This document shows, one piece after another, positions 18,753 through 32,196 of a DNA stretch of 64,000 nt. The stretch spans positions 1,920,001-1,984,000 of the forward strand of contig CAVTRC010000001.1 in NCBI GenBank assembly GCA_963737065.1, written 5' to 3'. The position numbers were made by a program, and so were the translations under genes. The notes beneath the pieces were generated by a model. That model saw only the letters and a list, made by a program, of their open reading frames with translations, made no database searches and was not told the origin of the DNA. Position 1 is the stretch's first letter; every line of letters starts with the position of its first letter. This DNA comes from Candidatus Eremiobacteria bacterium. Lineage in GTDB: Bacteria; Vulcanimicrobiota; Vulcanimicrobiia; Vulcanimicrobiales; Vulcanimicrobiaceae.

Positions 18753-20786
18753 GTGTACTTGATCCGTCTTGATAGCCGGACGCGCTATGCTGCGTTCATC
18801 CTCGTCCTTGCACTCCTCGCTAGTCTCGTGGTCGGTGTCTTTAGAATCAAAACGGAGAGTGACGCCAATCGGGTGGAGCTCGCCATGGACTTCGCCGACT
18901 TTGTCTCCACCGCACGATCGTACAACTATACGCCGGCAGCGTTTTTGATCGCGTTGCGCCGCGCCGGTCTCACGTCGCTTGCGCTCAGCGAAGAGCTCGG
19001 CGGCAACATCGGCGCCAACGGACTTGCGTACGCGACGACGGGTGCGTCGCTACTGAATCAGTCGCGACTTTCTCCGCTTTCCGATCCGTTGCTGCAAACG
19101 CTCGCGCGTACCAACAGACTCTCCCGTGATGCGGTGTACATCATCGTGTACGACCGCGCGACCTACGATCGCTATCGGCGACAGTTGCCGTTGCATTTCG
19201 AACCGAAGACGATCCGCGTACTGCGTGCGAGTAAGCCATGGATCATCGAAGTGCGAACGCAGATCGATTATTTCAATAACATCGGTTTAGGCATCCCCGC
19301 CGATCAGCTCGAGCTTGCGAAGCGGTTGAACTTGCTCGTTGTGGCGCGTTTTCAAAATGACGAACGATTCATGAAACCGGAGATGGAGGCGGAATTCAGC
19401 GACGCGGTCGCATCGGGCGCGCGAATTTCCGACGTCGTGTTCTTTGGACTCGGCAACGAAGTCTTTGGCTATCCGGATCACTTGACCGACGCGGCGGACG
19501 CGTTCCGCGAGCACTTCACGAACTCGGCGCACCCGTTTAACTTCGGCTCCATCGAGACGTACGACGTGTCGCAGGTGCAGAAAGGGAACGATACGCTCGC
19601 GCGGCTGATCCCCGGGCAAACGGTGCGCGTGCAGGCCGTGATTAGAAGCGATTACGACAAGATCAAACTCGACGAGCTGATCGGCCGATTCGTGCTCGGC
19701 GTGCGCGAACGAAACGTTCGCCTCGTCTACCTGCGCCCGTGGACGCACCGGGAAGGCAATTTGTCGATCGAAGCGACGAACATCAAGATGGTGAAGGACC
19801 TTGCGGATGAGTTGAAGTCCCACGGCATTCTTCTTGGCCGCGCCACGCCGATTCCGGGATATCGCGGAAACAATGCGATTCTCGTCGGTATCGCGACGCT
19901 CGCCGTTCCGTCGATTTTTGTCTTGCTGCTCGCGTGGTTCGGCGCGTACCGTCCCGCGTGGGCGATTGCGGCGTACGCGGCAACGATAGTGCTCTATCTT
20001 GCCGGATATATTTCGCATCACGAGATGTTCGCGCGCTCGGTCATTGCGCTTGTCGGTGCGTTGCTCTTCGCCGCCGCCGCCTTTGCGGTGATTGCGCCGT
20101 CGTTCTCCGAAGAGCCGGCTCGCCGGTTCGGCGATCAGCTCGTGCGCAGTGTCGGATGGACGGTGCTCGCGACAGTCGTCGCGCTGCTCGGTGCGCTGAT
20201 CGTCGTCGGCATCATGAGTTCACCGCTGACGATGGAAGAGATCGAGCGCTTCCGCGGCGTTCGCGTCCTGTACGTGCTGACGCCGCTGATCGCGCTTTGC
20301 ATGTATCTCTTCACCAACCGGTATAATGCCGCAGCCAGCGCGCGTCAGGTGTTCGGTGCGCCGATCGCGCTCTACCAATTGCTCGTCGGCATCATCGTCA
20401 TCGCGGCCGGTGCGTTGCTCGTCATGCGGAGCGGAAACACGAGCGACGTGCAGCCGTCCAACATCGAACTCGCCATGCGCCACGTGCTCGCGCACGTGCT
20501 GAGCGTCCGTCCGCGCACGAAAGAGTTTCTCGTCGGTGCGCCGCTACTGATGTTGACGCCCGCGCTCTTCATACCGCATCGTCGTTGGGTAGGCTGGCTG
20601 CTCGCGCTCGGAATCGGCGTCGGCATCGGCGACGTGATCGACACGTTCTCGCATCTGCATACTCCGCTCGTCATCTCACTGCAGCGAATCGGAAACGGTG
20701 TCGTGATCGGCGCGCTCGTCGGAATTCTCGCGATTTGGATCTATCGCCGTGCGTGTATTGCTCTCGGGCTACTACGGGTTCGGTAA
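18753..20786 (+). CDS. DUF5693-like membrane protein
   Basis: Large extracytoplasmic domain with RERNVRLVYLRP, then multiple TM helices with FRGV, RPRTKEFLVG, DTFSHLHTP; adjacent to csaB. Confidence 0.75.
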   Translation: MYLIRLDSRTRYAAFILVLALLASLVVGVFRIKTESDANRVELAMDFADFVSTARSYNYTPAAFLIALRRAGLTSLALSEELGGNIGANGLAYATTGASLLNQSRLSPLSDPLLQTLARTNRLSRDAVYIIVYDRATYDRYRRQLPLHFEPKTIRVLRASKPWIIEVRTQIDYFNNIGLGIPADQLELAKRLNLLVVARFQNDERFMKPEMEAEFSDAVASGARISDVVFFGLGNEVFGYPDHLTDAADAFREHFTNSAHPFNFGSIETYDVSQVQKGNDTLARLIPGQTVRVQAVIRSDYDKIKLDELIGRFVLGVRERNVRLVYLRPWTHREGNLSIEATNIKMVKDLADELKSHGILLGRATPIPGYRGNNAILVGIATLAVPSIFVLLLAWFGAYRPAWAIAAYAATIVLYLAGYISHHEMFARSVIALVGALLFAAAAFAVIAPSFSEEPARRFGDQLVRSVGWTVLATVVALLGALIVVGIMSSPLTMEEIERFRGVRVLYVLTPLIALCMYLFTNRYNAAASARQVFGAPIALYQLLVGIIVIAAGALLVMRSGNTSDVQPSNIELAMRHVLAHVLSVRPRTKEFLVGAPLLMLTPALFIPHRRWVGWLLALGIGVGIGDVIDTFSHLHTPLVISLQRIGNGVVIGALVGILAIWIYRRACIALGLLRVR

Positions 20787-21831
20787 TCTCGGGGACGAGG
20801 CACTCCTCGAAGTGATCGTCAAAGAGCTGCGCGCGCGCTTTCCGTCGTGGGATGTTGAAGTGCTTCGCGCGTCACCCGAGCAAACGAGCACGCACCTCGG
20901 CGTTGCTGCAACGCCGCGCTGGAACATGAGCGACGTGCACGAGGCAATCCGCCGGGCCGACGTGGTGCTTTCGGGCGGAGGCGGACTGCTGCAGAGTTCG
21001 ACGAGCTTGCGAAGCGTGGTGTATTATGCGGGCATCCTTCGGCAAGCAATTCGTCTGAAACGAAAGACGATGATCTTCGCACAATCGGTTGGACCGCTCG
21101 ACTCGCTCGGACAATTCGTCGTGCGTTCGCTCTGTAAGGGCGTCACGTGCGCGACCGTGCGCGACGGACGTTCGAAGGAGTTGTTGAGTCGATTGCTTCC
21201 GGGGACGCCGGTCGAGCAAACGGCGGATCCGGTATTTCTCTACGATCTCGACGTTGAAGAAGTCGATCTCGCGCGCGAGGGACTCAACCGCACGCCGTAT
21301 GCCATCTTTAGCGTCCGGAAGGTCAGCACGCTAAAGGAAGGCGTTGCAATGTTGGCGCGCGTTGCCGATCGGCTTGCCGACAAACACGGCGTCCGCGTCG
21401 CGTTTCTGCCGCTCGGCGGCGCATCGGACGCCGAAGTTTCGACAACGGTCATTCGCGCATGCAAGAGCGCGCCGATGTTGTTGCCGGAGTGCCCGCTGGA
21501 GCGTGCAGCGGCGATTATTCGCGGCGCGCGGGTCGTCGTAGGAATGCGCTTGCATGCGTTGATCCTCGCCGCGCGATTCGGTGTGCCGTTTCTTGCGATC
21601 CCCTACGACCCGAAAGTCGCCGCGCTCCTAGCCGATCTTGCGTATCCGCTGTCGCCGCTGTGGGTTCCGGGCAAGGGCGCGCCCGATACGGCAACTGCCG
21701 ATGGCCTCGTGGACCGTCTGATGTCGCAGCGCGATCAGTTGTCCGCGTTGCTCGGCGCGAAGGCCGCCGACGTTCGTGCATCGGCGGCACGAAATTTCGA
21801 CGTCCTCGACGAACTCATGCGCGAGCCATGA
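20749..21831 (+). CDS. csaB: Polysaccharide pyruvyl transferase
   Basis: SGYYGFGNLGDEA, SGGGGLLQ, GMRLHALI, YDPKV. Confidence 0.92.
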   Translation: MRVLLSGYYGFGNLGDEALLEVIVKELRARFPSWDVEVLRASPEQTSTHLGVAATPRWNMSDVHEAIRRADVVLSGGGGLLQSSTSLRSVVYYAGILRQAIRLKRKTMIFAQSVGPLDSLGQFVVRSLCKGVTCATVRDGRSKELLSRLLPGTPVEQTADPVFLYDLDVEEVDLAREGLNRTPYAIFSVRKVSTLKEGVAMLARVADRLADKHGVRVAFLPLGGASDAEVSTTVIRACKSAPMLLPECPLERAAAIIRGARVVVGMRLHALILAARFGVPFLAIPYDPKVAALLADLAYPLSPLWVPGKGAPDTATADGLVDRLMSQRDQLSALLGAKAADVRASAARNFDVLDELMREP

Positions 21832-24617
21832 GCGAAACCGTCGAACGCGATTACCGCGAGACCCTTCTTCTGGGTAACACCGCCTTTCCGATGCGTGCAG
21901 AGCTGCCGAAGCGTGAGCCGGCCCGCGTCGAGTGGTGGAACGAGCATGACACGTATCGGCGGCGTTTGGAAGGCAACCGTAAGAACGGTCCGTGGATCCT
22001 GCACGACGGTCCGCCGTATGCAAACGGCGAGCTCCACATGGGCCACTTCCTGAACATGGTGTTGAAGGACATGTTCGTAAAGATCGCGTTGCTGGAAGGC
22101 AAATGGGCCGAGTTCGTTCCGGGTTGGGACATGCATGGACTTCCGATCGAACTCGAGACGCTCAAGCATTTAGGGATCAAAGATTTCCACGAAATCGATC
22201 CGCTGGAACTGCGCGAGAAATGCAAAGAGCGCGCGCTCTATTGGCTCGACCGGCAGCGCGCGACGCGCGTGCGCATGGGGAACTTCGGCGAATGGGAGCA
22301 TCCGTACCGTACGATCGATCCGAGCTTCGAAGCAACGATCGTCGAAGCGCTTGGTGATCTCGCGGAATCGAATCAAATCTATAAGGGACTTCGTTCCACG
22401 TTATGGTGCGTGCACGATGAAACGGCGCTCGCCGAAGCGGAGATCGAGTACGAACCAAAAATGTCGCCGTCGATCTACGTACGGTTTAGCGCGAACGGCG
22501 AGCAACGCGAACAAATTCTGGAAAAGTTCCATGTCACGCGCAGCTCGTCGAAAAGCGAGCGCCTCTCGGTTCTGATCTGGACCACGACGCCGTGGACGCT
22601 GCCGGCGAACGTTGCGATCGCGTTGCGCGCCGATGCGACGTATGGATTGTATCGCGTCGGCGGTGAACTGCTCGTCGTGGCAACCGCGCTCGCCGAATCG
22701 GCACTCGGCGATGCGTACTCGGGCGCGGAATTGATTGCAACGACGGCCGGTGGCGAACTCGACAATCTCGCCGTGCGGCACCCGTTCCTCGATCGCGATT
22801 CGATCGTCGTGCTCGCGGATTACGTCGAGATGGAGACGGGAACGGGTGCGGTGCATACCGCGCCGGGACACGGCGCGGACGACTTCGACACCGGCATCAA
22901 ATATGGGCTGCCGATTCTCAATCCGGTCGATGCGCGCGGCGTTTTCACGAGCGAAGCTGGACCCTACGCCGGGCAGTTCATCTTCAAAGCGAATAAAAAC
23001 ATCATCGCGGACCTCGAAGCGAGCGCGCAGCTCTGGCGCGCGGAAGAATACGAACATTCGTATCCGCACTGCTGGCGCTGTCACAATCCGGTGATTTTCC
23101 GTGCGACCGCGCAATGGTTCATCGCGATGGATCAAAACCGTTTGCGAGCGCGCACGATCGAAGCGGCGGAAGGGGTCAATTACACGCCGGATTGGGGCGA
23201 GCATCGCATGGTGCAAATGCTGGAGAATCACCCGGAGTGGTGTATCTCGCGCCAGCGCACCTGGGGAACGCCGATTCCCGCGGTCGCGTGTGTCGCGTGT
23301 CTTCAGTCGATCGTCGATCCGCGCGTCGCGCGTATCGCGGCAGATCGCTTTCGTGAAGCGGGCGCAAGCGTCTGGTGGAGCGACCCCGTCGACCTCTATT
23401 TGCCGTTGGGATTCACGTGTCCGAACTGCGGCGGCACCGCGTTCGAAAAAGAGAACAACATCGTCGATATTTGGTTCGAATCGGGCGTTACACACCTCGC
23501 CGTGTTGCACGATGACATTCCTTGGCCGAGCGACGTCGTGCTCGAAGGCGGCGATCAATACCGCGGATGGTTTCGCAGTTCCATTCTGACGGCGGTTGCC
23601 GTCAACGGTGAAGCGCCGTATAAACACGTCGTGAAGAACGGCTGGGTCAACGACGAACAAGGGCGCCCCATGTCGAAGTCGCGCGGTACCGGGATCGACG
23701 CGAACGATGCAATGGGCAGGTGGGGCGCCGACGTCCTGCGGCTCTGGGCTGCTTCCGTCGAGTTCGTCGACGACGTGCGGTTTGGGCCGAACGTGATCGA
23801 ACAAGTCGGACGCGTCTACCGCAATATTCGCAACCGCATTCGCTTCTTTCTGTTGAACGTCGACGGGTTGAGTGCCGCGGCAATCGTGCCGCGTGAACGC
23901 ATGCAACCGATCGATGCGATGGCGTGCAATATCGTCGACGCCTTCGTCGCCGATGTGAAAAAATTCTACGATGCGTTCGGCATCCACGATGCGTATTTGC
24001 GCATCATCGAGTTCGAAAGTGTGATGTCGAGCCTCTACTTCGACGCGTTGAAGGACCCGCTCTATACGCTTGCCGAGGACGATCCGCGTCGCCGCAGCGC
24101 GCAGTCTGCGTTGCTCTATGCGCTCAAGCATTTCCTCACCGCGATTGCGCCGGTGCTTTCGTTCACCGCAGAAGAAGCGTGGCAAGAAATCCCGTCCGCG
24201 TTGCGCGGCTCGGAAACAAGCGTTTTCGAGAGCGTCTTGCCGGCGCAGGACGCGAGCGGCAAGGCGTTCGAGCATGACGTCGAGACGTGGGACTTGCTGC
24301 GCGAGCTTCGCGCGAAGGTTGCCGAAGGCGTCAAAACGGCGGACGGCGATATTCGCAACTACGAAACGTCCGCCACGGTCGACGTGCCGGCGCGTTTCGT
24401 TCCGGCGCTTACGAAATTGGGTGATAATCTGCGCGAAGCACTCGGCGTCTCGCAGGTCAACGGGATCGAAAGCATCACCGGCAACGATGCCGGCGTTCGC
24501 TTACAGCCGGCGCACGGCGAGCGATGCAAGCGTTGCTGGAAATATCGCGAGCTGGGTCTCGATCCGCAACACCCGTCCATCTGCGAGCAGTGCGCAACGG
24601 TCGTGCGTTCGCTCTAA
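21828..24617 (+). CDS. ileS: Isoleucyl-tRNA synthetase (type 1)
   Basis: LHDGPPYANG, HMGH, WTTTPWTLP, GTGAVH, WCISRQR, PMSKS, C-terminal CKRCW..C..C; ATGA overlap with csaB. Confidence 0.97.
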   Translation: MSETVERDYRETLLLGNTAFPMRAELPKREPARVEWWNEHDTYRRRLEGNRKNGPWILHDGPPYANGELHMGHFLNMVLKDMFVKIALLEGKWAEFVPGWDMHGLPIELETLKHLGIKDFHEIDPLELREKCKERALYWLDRQRATRVRMGNFGEWEHPYRTIDPSFEATIVEALGDLAESNQIYKGLRSTLWCVHDETALAEAEIEYEPKMSPSIYVRFSANGEQREQILEKFHVTRSSSKSERLSVLIWTTTPWTLPANVAIALRADATYGLYRVGGELLVVATALAESALGDAYSGAELIATTAGGELDNLAVRHPFLDRDSIVVLADYVEMETGTGAVHTAPGHGADDFDTGIKYGLPILNPVDARGVFTSEAGPYAGQFIFKANKNIIADLEASAQLWRAEEYEHSYPHCWRCHNPVIFRATAQWFIAMDQNRLRARTIEAAEGVNYTPDWGEHRMVQMLENHPEWCISRQRTWGTPIPAVACVACLQSIVDPRVARIAADRFREAGASVWWSDPVDLYLPLGFTCPNCGGTAFEKENNIVDIWFESGVTHLAVLHDDIPWPSDVVLEGGDQYRGWFRSSILTAVAVNGEAPYKHVVKNGWVNDEQGRPMSKSRGTGIDANDAMGRWGADVLRLWAASVEFVDDVRFGPNVIEQVGRVYRNIRNRIRFFLLNVDGLSAAAIVPRERMQPIDAMACNIVDAFVADVKKFYDAFGIHDAYLRIIEFESVMSSLYFDALKDPLYTLAEDDPRRRSAQSALLYALKHFLTAIAPVLSFTAEEAWQEIPSALRGSETSVFESVLPAQDASGKAFEHDVETWDLLRELRAKVAEGVKTADGDIRNYETSATVDVPARFVPALTKLGDNLREALGVSQVNGIESITGNDAGVRLQPAHGERCKRCWKYRELGLDPQHPSICEQCATVVRSL

Positions 24618-24624
24618 AGCTCTC

Positions 24625-25512
24625 ATGAAGATCGGGATCATCGGCTTAGGAGAGATGGGCGGTGCAATGATGGACCGCTTGTTGCTCGCGGGTTCGCACG
24701 CATACGGCTACAATCGGACGAAGAAAAAAGCGGCGCCGTACGTCGAGAAGGGGATGAAGCTGCTCGACTCGCCGTGTGAGGTCGCGCGCGCGTGCGACAT
24801 CGTCCTGACGATCGTAACGAACGCGCAGGCGCTGCACGCGGTCGCCGATGGCGAGAACGGCATAGTTGCGGGGCTCTCGCGCGGCAAGTACTGGATCGAG
24901 ATGAGCACGATCTCGCCCGGTTCCATTCGCGAACTTGCGAAGCGCGTTGAACCGACGGGAGCAATACTGCTCGACTCCGCCGTGCTGGGAAGCCGCTTGA
25001 CGGTCGAACAAGGCCATCTCCTCATCATGCTGGGCGGCCCACAAGATGCGTGCGAACGCGTCGAGGATTCGCTCAAGGCCATCGGGCCGAACGTCCGTCG
25101 TATCGGCGAGATCGGGCACGCGAAGGTGATGAAGCTTGCGCTCAATCTCGCAATGCCGGTTCAAATCCTCGCGCTGAGCGAAGGCGTCATTCTCGCTGAG
25201 AAAAACGGGATCGACCGCAAGGCGGCGCTCGAGATAATGCTCGGCGGCGCGGTTGCATCGCCGATGCTGAAGTACCGTGCGCCGTTCATCCTGAACATGC
25301 CGGAGAAAGCCTGGTTCGACGTTGGCATGATGCAAAAAGACGTTATGCTCGCGCTCGAACTGGCACGCGAATCAGCCGTGCCGCTACCAACAACGTCCGT
25401 TGCGAACGAGTTCTTGACGAGCACCAAAGCGATCGGGCTTGGAGACCGCGATTTCGCCGCCTTGTTCTATGCGCTTGCAACAATGGCCGGCGTCGACGCG
25501 ACGGTTCGCTAA
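24625..25512 (+). CDS. NAD(P)-dependent oxidoreductase (3-hydroxyisobutyrate dehydrogenase family)
   Basis: IGIIGLGEMG, YNRT, EMSTISP, KLALN. Confidence 0.9.
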   Translation: MKIGIIGLGEMGGAMMDRLLLAGSHAYGYNRTKKKAAPYVEKGMKLLDSPCEVARACDIVLTIVTNAQALHAVADGENGIVAGLSRGKYWIEMSTISPGSIRELAKRVEPTGAILLDSAVLGSRLTVEQGHLLIMLGGPQDACERVEDSLKAIGPNVRRIGEIGHAKVMKLALNLAMPVQILALSEGVILAEKNGIDRKAALEIMLGGAVASPMLKYRAPFILNMPEKAWFDVGMMQKDVMLALELARESAVPLPTTSVANEFLTSTKAIGLGDRDFAALFYALATMAGVDATVR

Positions 25513-25558
25513 AAACCAAACAACGTCAATCGAGCAAAAGCGTCGGTCCGCGGAGTGC

Positions 25559-28346
<2,788 letters not shown>

Positions 28347-28372
<26 letters not shown>

Positions 28373-28798
28373 GGCTCGAGAGCAGCAGGAGAATGACGCC
28401 GCACGTGATGCACGAATCCCCGACGTTGAAAATGTTCGGCCAGATTCGGTAAAAGTCGATGAAGTCGACGACGTACCCGAGATGCACGCGATCGACGATA
28501 TTCCCGATCGCGCCGCCGACGATCATGCCGAACGCAACGCATACGAGGCGCGAGCGCGCTGCTTGTTCGCGAAAGCTGACCCAAAAGATTAGCAGCACGA
28601 CGATCGCCATGATAATCAGCAGCACGCCGTTGTTCCCGAAGAGCCCGAACGCGCCGTGCGTGTTGCGCTCGTACGTCCACTTCAACAGATTCGGAACGAC
28701 GATGACGCTGTCGGGATACTGCATATGCGTCGTGACGAAATGCTTCGTGTACTGATCGGCCGCAAACGCAAGAACGGCGGCAATCAGAATCCACGCAT
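28347..28798 (-). CDS. lspA: Lipoprotein signal peptidase II (start uncertain, probable frameshift just after ATG)
   Basis: DQYTK, NTHGAFG, GGAIGNIVDR, VVDFID, FNVGD. Confidence 0.92.
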
Positions 28799-28803
28799 TC
28801 GCG

Positions 28804-29538
28804 TTAAAGGTTCGGTGTCGGGACAAATTGGTAGAACCATCCTGCGACGGTAAGAAATGCATTGTTGACGAGGACGAGCCCCACCGCCACCAAGAAAACT
28901 CCGGCCGCGAATTCAATCGCCGGCAAGAACCGCTTGATGCGGTTGAGGACCGGCAGCACCACTCCGATCGCAACTGCGGTCAGGAAGAACGGCACGGCCA
29001 ATCCCAGGGAATAGACGAGCAGCAAAAATGCCGCCTGGGCGTTGTGCTGCTGCGACGCAATTGCCAGAATTCCCGCCAAAATCGGGCCGATACAGGGCGA
29101 CCACCCGGCGGCGAATGCTATGCCGACGAGTGCGGACGTCCAATACGTGCGCTGCTCGCGCTGCAGATGCACGCGGGTGTCCATCATCAGAAACGGGATT
29201 CGAAGCACACCCATCATCTGCAGACCGAGGATGACGACGATGCACCCGCCGATCTCCGCGATGAACAGACGGTTTGCGTTGAGGATACCGCCGATCGCGC
29301 TCGCGGTGAGTCCGAGTGCCACGAAAACGACGGTAAAGCCGATGATGAATGCAATCGCGTGCGCCATCGCAACCGTACGCATCTGCGCGCGCGTCTCTTG
29401 CGCCTGCAAGTCTTCCAGGCTGGACCCGGTAAGCAGCGAGAGATACGCGGGAACCAACGGGAGGACGCATGGAGAGACGAAGGAAACGAGGCCCGCTAGG
29501 AAGGCAATGCCCACGGTAACGTGCGTGGTCGTGTTCAT
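28804..29538 (-). CDS. ccdA: Cytochrome c biogenesis protein CcdA
   Basis: SPCVLPLVPAY, WSPCIGPIL, YSLGLAVPF. Confidence 0.93.
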   Translation of the reverse strand: MNTTTHVTVGIAFLAGLVSFVSPCVLPLVPAYLSLLTGSSLEDLQAQETRAQMRTVAMAHAIAFIIGFTVVFVALGLTASAIGGILNANRLFIAEIGGCIVVILGLQMMGVLRIPFLMMDTRVHLQREQRTYWTSALVGIAFAAGWSPCIGPILAGILAIASQQHNAQAAFLLLVYSLGLAVPFFLTAVAIGVVLPVLNRIKRFLPAIEFAAGVFLVAVGLVLVNNAFLTVAGWFYQFVPTPNL

Positions 29539-29576
29539 CGTGTCAGGCTACTTCTCAACCATTAAAGAAACTCTCG

Positions 29577-30458
29577 ATGCAGCATTGGTTTAACTATCCG
29601 ACAAATGTCGACCCCGTAGCGATCCACATCGGCCGATGGGGCATCCACTGGTACGGCATTGCGTATCTGCTCGGATTTGTTGCCGTGTATCTGTGGATGA
29701 GCCGCCCCGCGGGCCGCCGCCGGCTCGGATTGACCAAAGAGCAGATCCAAGATTTCCTTTTCTACGCGCTCGTCGGCGTGCTGATCGGTGGCCGGACGTT
29801 CTTCGTCATCAACGACATCATCTCCAAGCACGACGTTTCGACATACACGAGCAATCCGATCAATTTCATCGCCGTGTGGAACGGCGGCATGGCCTTCCAC
29901 GGCGGCATGATCGGCGTACTCGTCGCAATCTGGCTCTTCGTGCGCAAGCATCCCGGCCTCGCGTACACCGTGCTTGGCGATGAAGTCGTCGTGCTCTTAC
30001 CCGTCGGCATCACGCTTACCCGCATCGTCAACTTCATCAATGACGAATTGTGGGGCGATATCTGCAATCCCGACCGCCCCTGGTGCATCGTGCCAAACCG
30101 GCCGGGCGACGGCGAGCTATGGGGAACGGCATATCGCCACCCCGCGCAACTGTACGAAGCGATCCTCGACATCCTCACGCTGCCGATTCTCTTGCTGATC
30201 TACCGGCGTAGGCCGCCCGACGGGGTCGTCGGATGGAGCTGGTTTACGATGTACGGCATCACGCGCAGCGTCGCGGAGATCTGGCGTCACGCAGACTTCA
30301 CGTGGCATGGGATCACGGGCGGTCAGCTCTACGCGCTGCCTATGATCCCGGTCGGCATCGCCGGCATCGTGTACTGTACGCGCCGCGCGAGGCGCACGGA
30401 GGTCACGCAGACGACTGCCGCTCGAGGGCCCGTTCACACATCGTCGCGCGGCACGTAA
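29577..30458 (+). CDS. lgt: Prolipoprotein diacylglyceryl transferase
   Basis: WYGIAY, GGMAFHGG, RIVNFINDELWG, HPAQLYE. Confidence 0.95.
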   Translation: MQHWFNYPTNVDPVAIHIGRWGIHWYGIAYLLGFVAVYLWMSRPAGRRRLGLTKEQIQDFLFYALVGVLIGGRTFFVINDIISKHDVSTYTSNPINFIAVWNGGMAFHGGMIGVLVAIWLFVRKHPGLAYTVLGDEVVVLLPVGITLTRIVNFINDELWGDICNPDRPWCIVPNRPGDGELWGTAYRHPAQLYEAILDILTLPILLLIYRRRPPDGVVGWSWFTMYGITRSVAEIWRHADFTWHGITGGQLYALPMIPVGIAGIVYCTRRARRTEVTQTTAARGPVHTSSRGT

Positions 30459-30462
30459 AAGC

Positions 30463-31173
30463 GTGATCTCGACGATTGCGACTCGGCTGGGGGCGTTGCG
30501 GTGTGAGATCGACGAGGAGCTTGGTGCATGCGGGCGCGCGCCGGAGAGCGTAACGATTCTCGGCGTGAGCAAAAAACAGCCGGCTGAAGCGATCGTCGAA
30601 GCGGCGCGCGCGGGCCTCCACGCGATCGGCGAAAACTACGTACAAGAAGCGCGAGCAAAGTTTGCGTTCCTTCGACAAGCGCAGGATGGCGGTGCTGCCG
30701 CAGACGAGGGTGCGGGATTGCAGAAGCATTTCATCGGACACGTGCAGACCAATAAGGCGAAAGCGATTGCGGAGCTCTTCGATGTCGTGCAAAGCGTGGA
30801 TCGTGCCGATGCGGCACGCGCACTCGGCTCGGCGGCCGAAAAACTCGGCAAACGGCTCAGCGTGCTCGTTCAGCTCAACGTCTCGCCTGCGGAGCGCTTC
30901 GGCGCCCTTCCCGAGGACGCGCCGCGCGTGGCAGAGGCGATTTCTGCCGAACCCGCCTTAGCGCTCGACGGTGTGATGGCGATCGGTCCGATTACGAGCG
31001 ACCATGACGAAATCTCGCGCGCATTTGCGCTTGCTGCAAAGACGTTTGCGTTGATAGGTGGAAGAACGCTATCAATCGGCATGTCGGGAGACTGGCGCGA
31101 GGCCGTGCGGGCCGGCTCCACGATGGTGCGCATCGGTACGGCGCTCTTCGGTGAACGCCGCTACGACACGTAA
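30463..31173 (+). CDS. yggS: YggS/PROSC PLP-homeostasis protein
   Basis: VSKKQ, GENYVQE, HFIGHVQTNK, SIGMSGD, GSTMVRIGTALFG. Confidence 0.95.
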   Translation: MISTIATRLGALRCEIDEELGACGRAPESVTILGVSKKQPAEAIVEAARAGLHAIGENYVQEARAKFAFLRQAQDGGAAADEGAGLQKHFIGHVQTNKAKAIAELFDVVQSVDRADAARALGSAAEKLGKRLSVLVQLNVSPAERFGALPEDAPRVAEAISAEPALALDGVMAIGPITSDHDEISRAFALAAKTFALIGGRTLSIGMSGDWREAVRAGSTMVRIGTALFGERRYDT

Positions 31174-31195
31174 AGTAGGGAGGGCGCGAACGCCC

Positions 31196-31612
31196 ATGAG
31201 TATGCTTAACAAGATTGGATCGTTCTTCTCGATCCGTGATGAGGAGGACGAACTCTACGATGACGAACCGGTCGCACCGGGTCGCGTGGTTCCACTGAGC
31301 AACGCGGGACGCCGTGCCGGCACGGAAGTCAGCGTCTATTCGCCGCGCAACTTTCAAGACGTCGTCGAGATCGCCGACGCATTGCGCAATCGCCAGGTCT
31401 GTATCGTCAATCTGCAAAACGCCGATCGAACCTTGCTCCAACGCGTCGTCGATTTTACGTCCGGCGTCGCATACACGATCGACGGCAAGATTCAAAAGCT
31501 TGCCGAAGCAATTTATCTCGTCGTCCCCGCGGGTGTGGTCGTGAACGCGGCAGGGCTGCGCGACACGATGTCGGCGGACGGCACGCTCGATTTCATGGCA
31601 AACCGCGGGTAA
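31196..31612 (+). CDS. sepF: Cell division protein SepF
   Basis: PRNFQD..EIADAL, IVNL, RVVDFTSG..Y.IDG. Confidence 0.93.
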   Translation: MSMLNKIGSFFSIRDEEDELYDDEPVAPGRVVPLSNAGRRAGTEVSVYSPRNFQDVVEIADALRNRQVCIVNLQNADRTLLQRVVDFTSGVAYTIDGKIQKLAEAIYLVVPAGVVVNAAGLRDTMSADGTLDFMANRG

Positions 31613-31630
31613 TGCCCGGTAGGGGTCTAC

Positions 31631-32191
31631 GTGCAAAAAATCACACCGATCGATATTCAGCATAAGACGTTCAAAAAAGCGTTGCAGGGCTACGATCGTA
31701 CGGAAGTCGATCAGTTTCTCGACGAAGTCATCGAGACGCTCGAAGATGATGCAACGCATCATGCGGCGTTGGAAGCGGAAATCGCCGATCTTCGCGAGCG
31801 CATCAGCCACTTCAAAGCGATGGAGGAATCGCTGCAGAACACGCTGCTGCTCGCGCAACGCACGGCCGACGAAGTGAAAGCGTCGGCGCACAAGGAAGCG
31901 GACCTCATCAAGGAGCAGGCGCGCTTGAAGTCCGAGCGTGAGATCGCCTCGTATAACGATGCGATCCTCGACGTGCGACGCGAGCATCAGCGTGCAATTG
32001 AGGCGGCCGAAAAGGCGAAAAGCGAGTTGCGCAGCGTCTTGATGACGCATCTCTCGTTGCTGGAAAACTCGCATGCGCCGCCGCATGCCGCGCAGGAAAC
32101 AACTTCGCCGCCGGCTGCGGCGCCCGCGCCGCATCGTAAGCCCGAGCCGATCGAACCGACTCCGGATAAGACGCGTATCACGGTTACCTGA
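31631..32191 (+). CDS. divIVA: DivIVA domain protein
   Basis: ITPIDIQHKTF..ALQGYDRTEVDQFLD plus coiled coil. Confidence 0.93.
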   Translation: MQKITPIDIQHKTFKKALQGYDRTEVDQFLDEVIETLEDDATHHAALEAEIADLRERISHFKAMEESLQNTLLLAQRTADEVKASAHKEADLIKEQARLKSEREIASYNDAILDVRREHQRAIEAAEKAKSELRSVLMTHLSLLENSHAPPHAAQETTSPPAAAPAPHRKPEPIEPTPDKTRITVT

Positions 32192-32196
32192 CCTTC

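Noticed and set aside
21459..21827. N-terminal extensions in the ORF track for IleS (likewise 24070, 12702, 41101, 7242)
   Set aside because: They overlap neighbouring genes; downstream starts fit family N-termini and stop/start overlaps
22401..24275. Long antisense ORFs (624 aa here; also 46747-48198 and many others)
   Set aside because: Shadow frames of high-GC genes with no recognisable motifs
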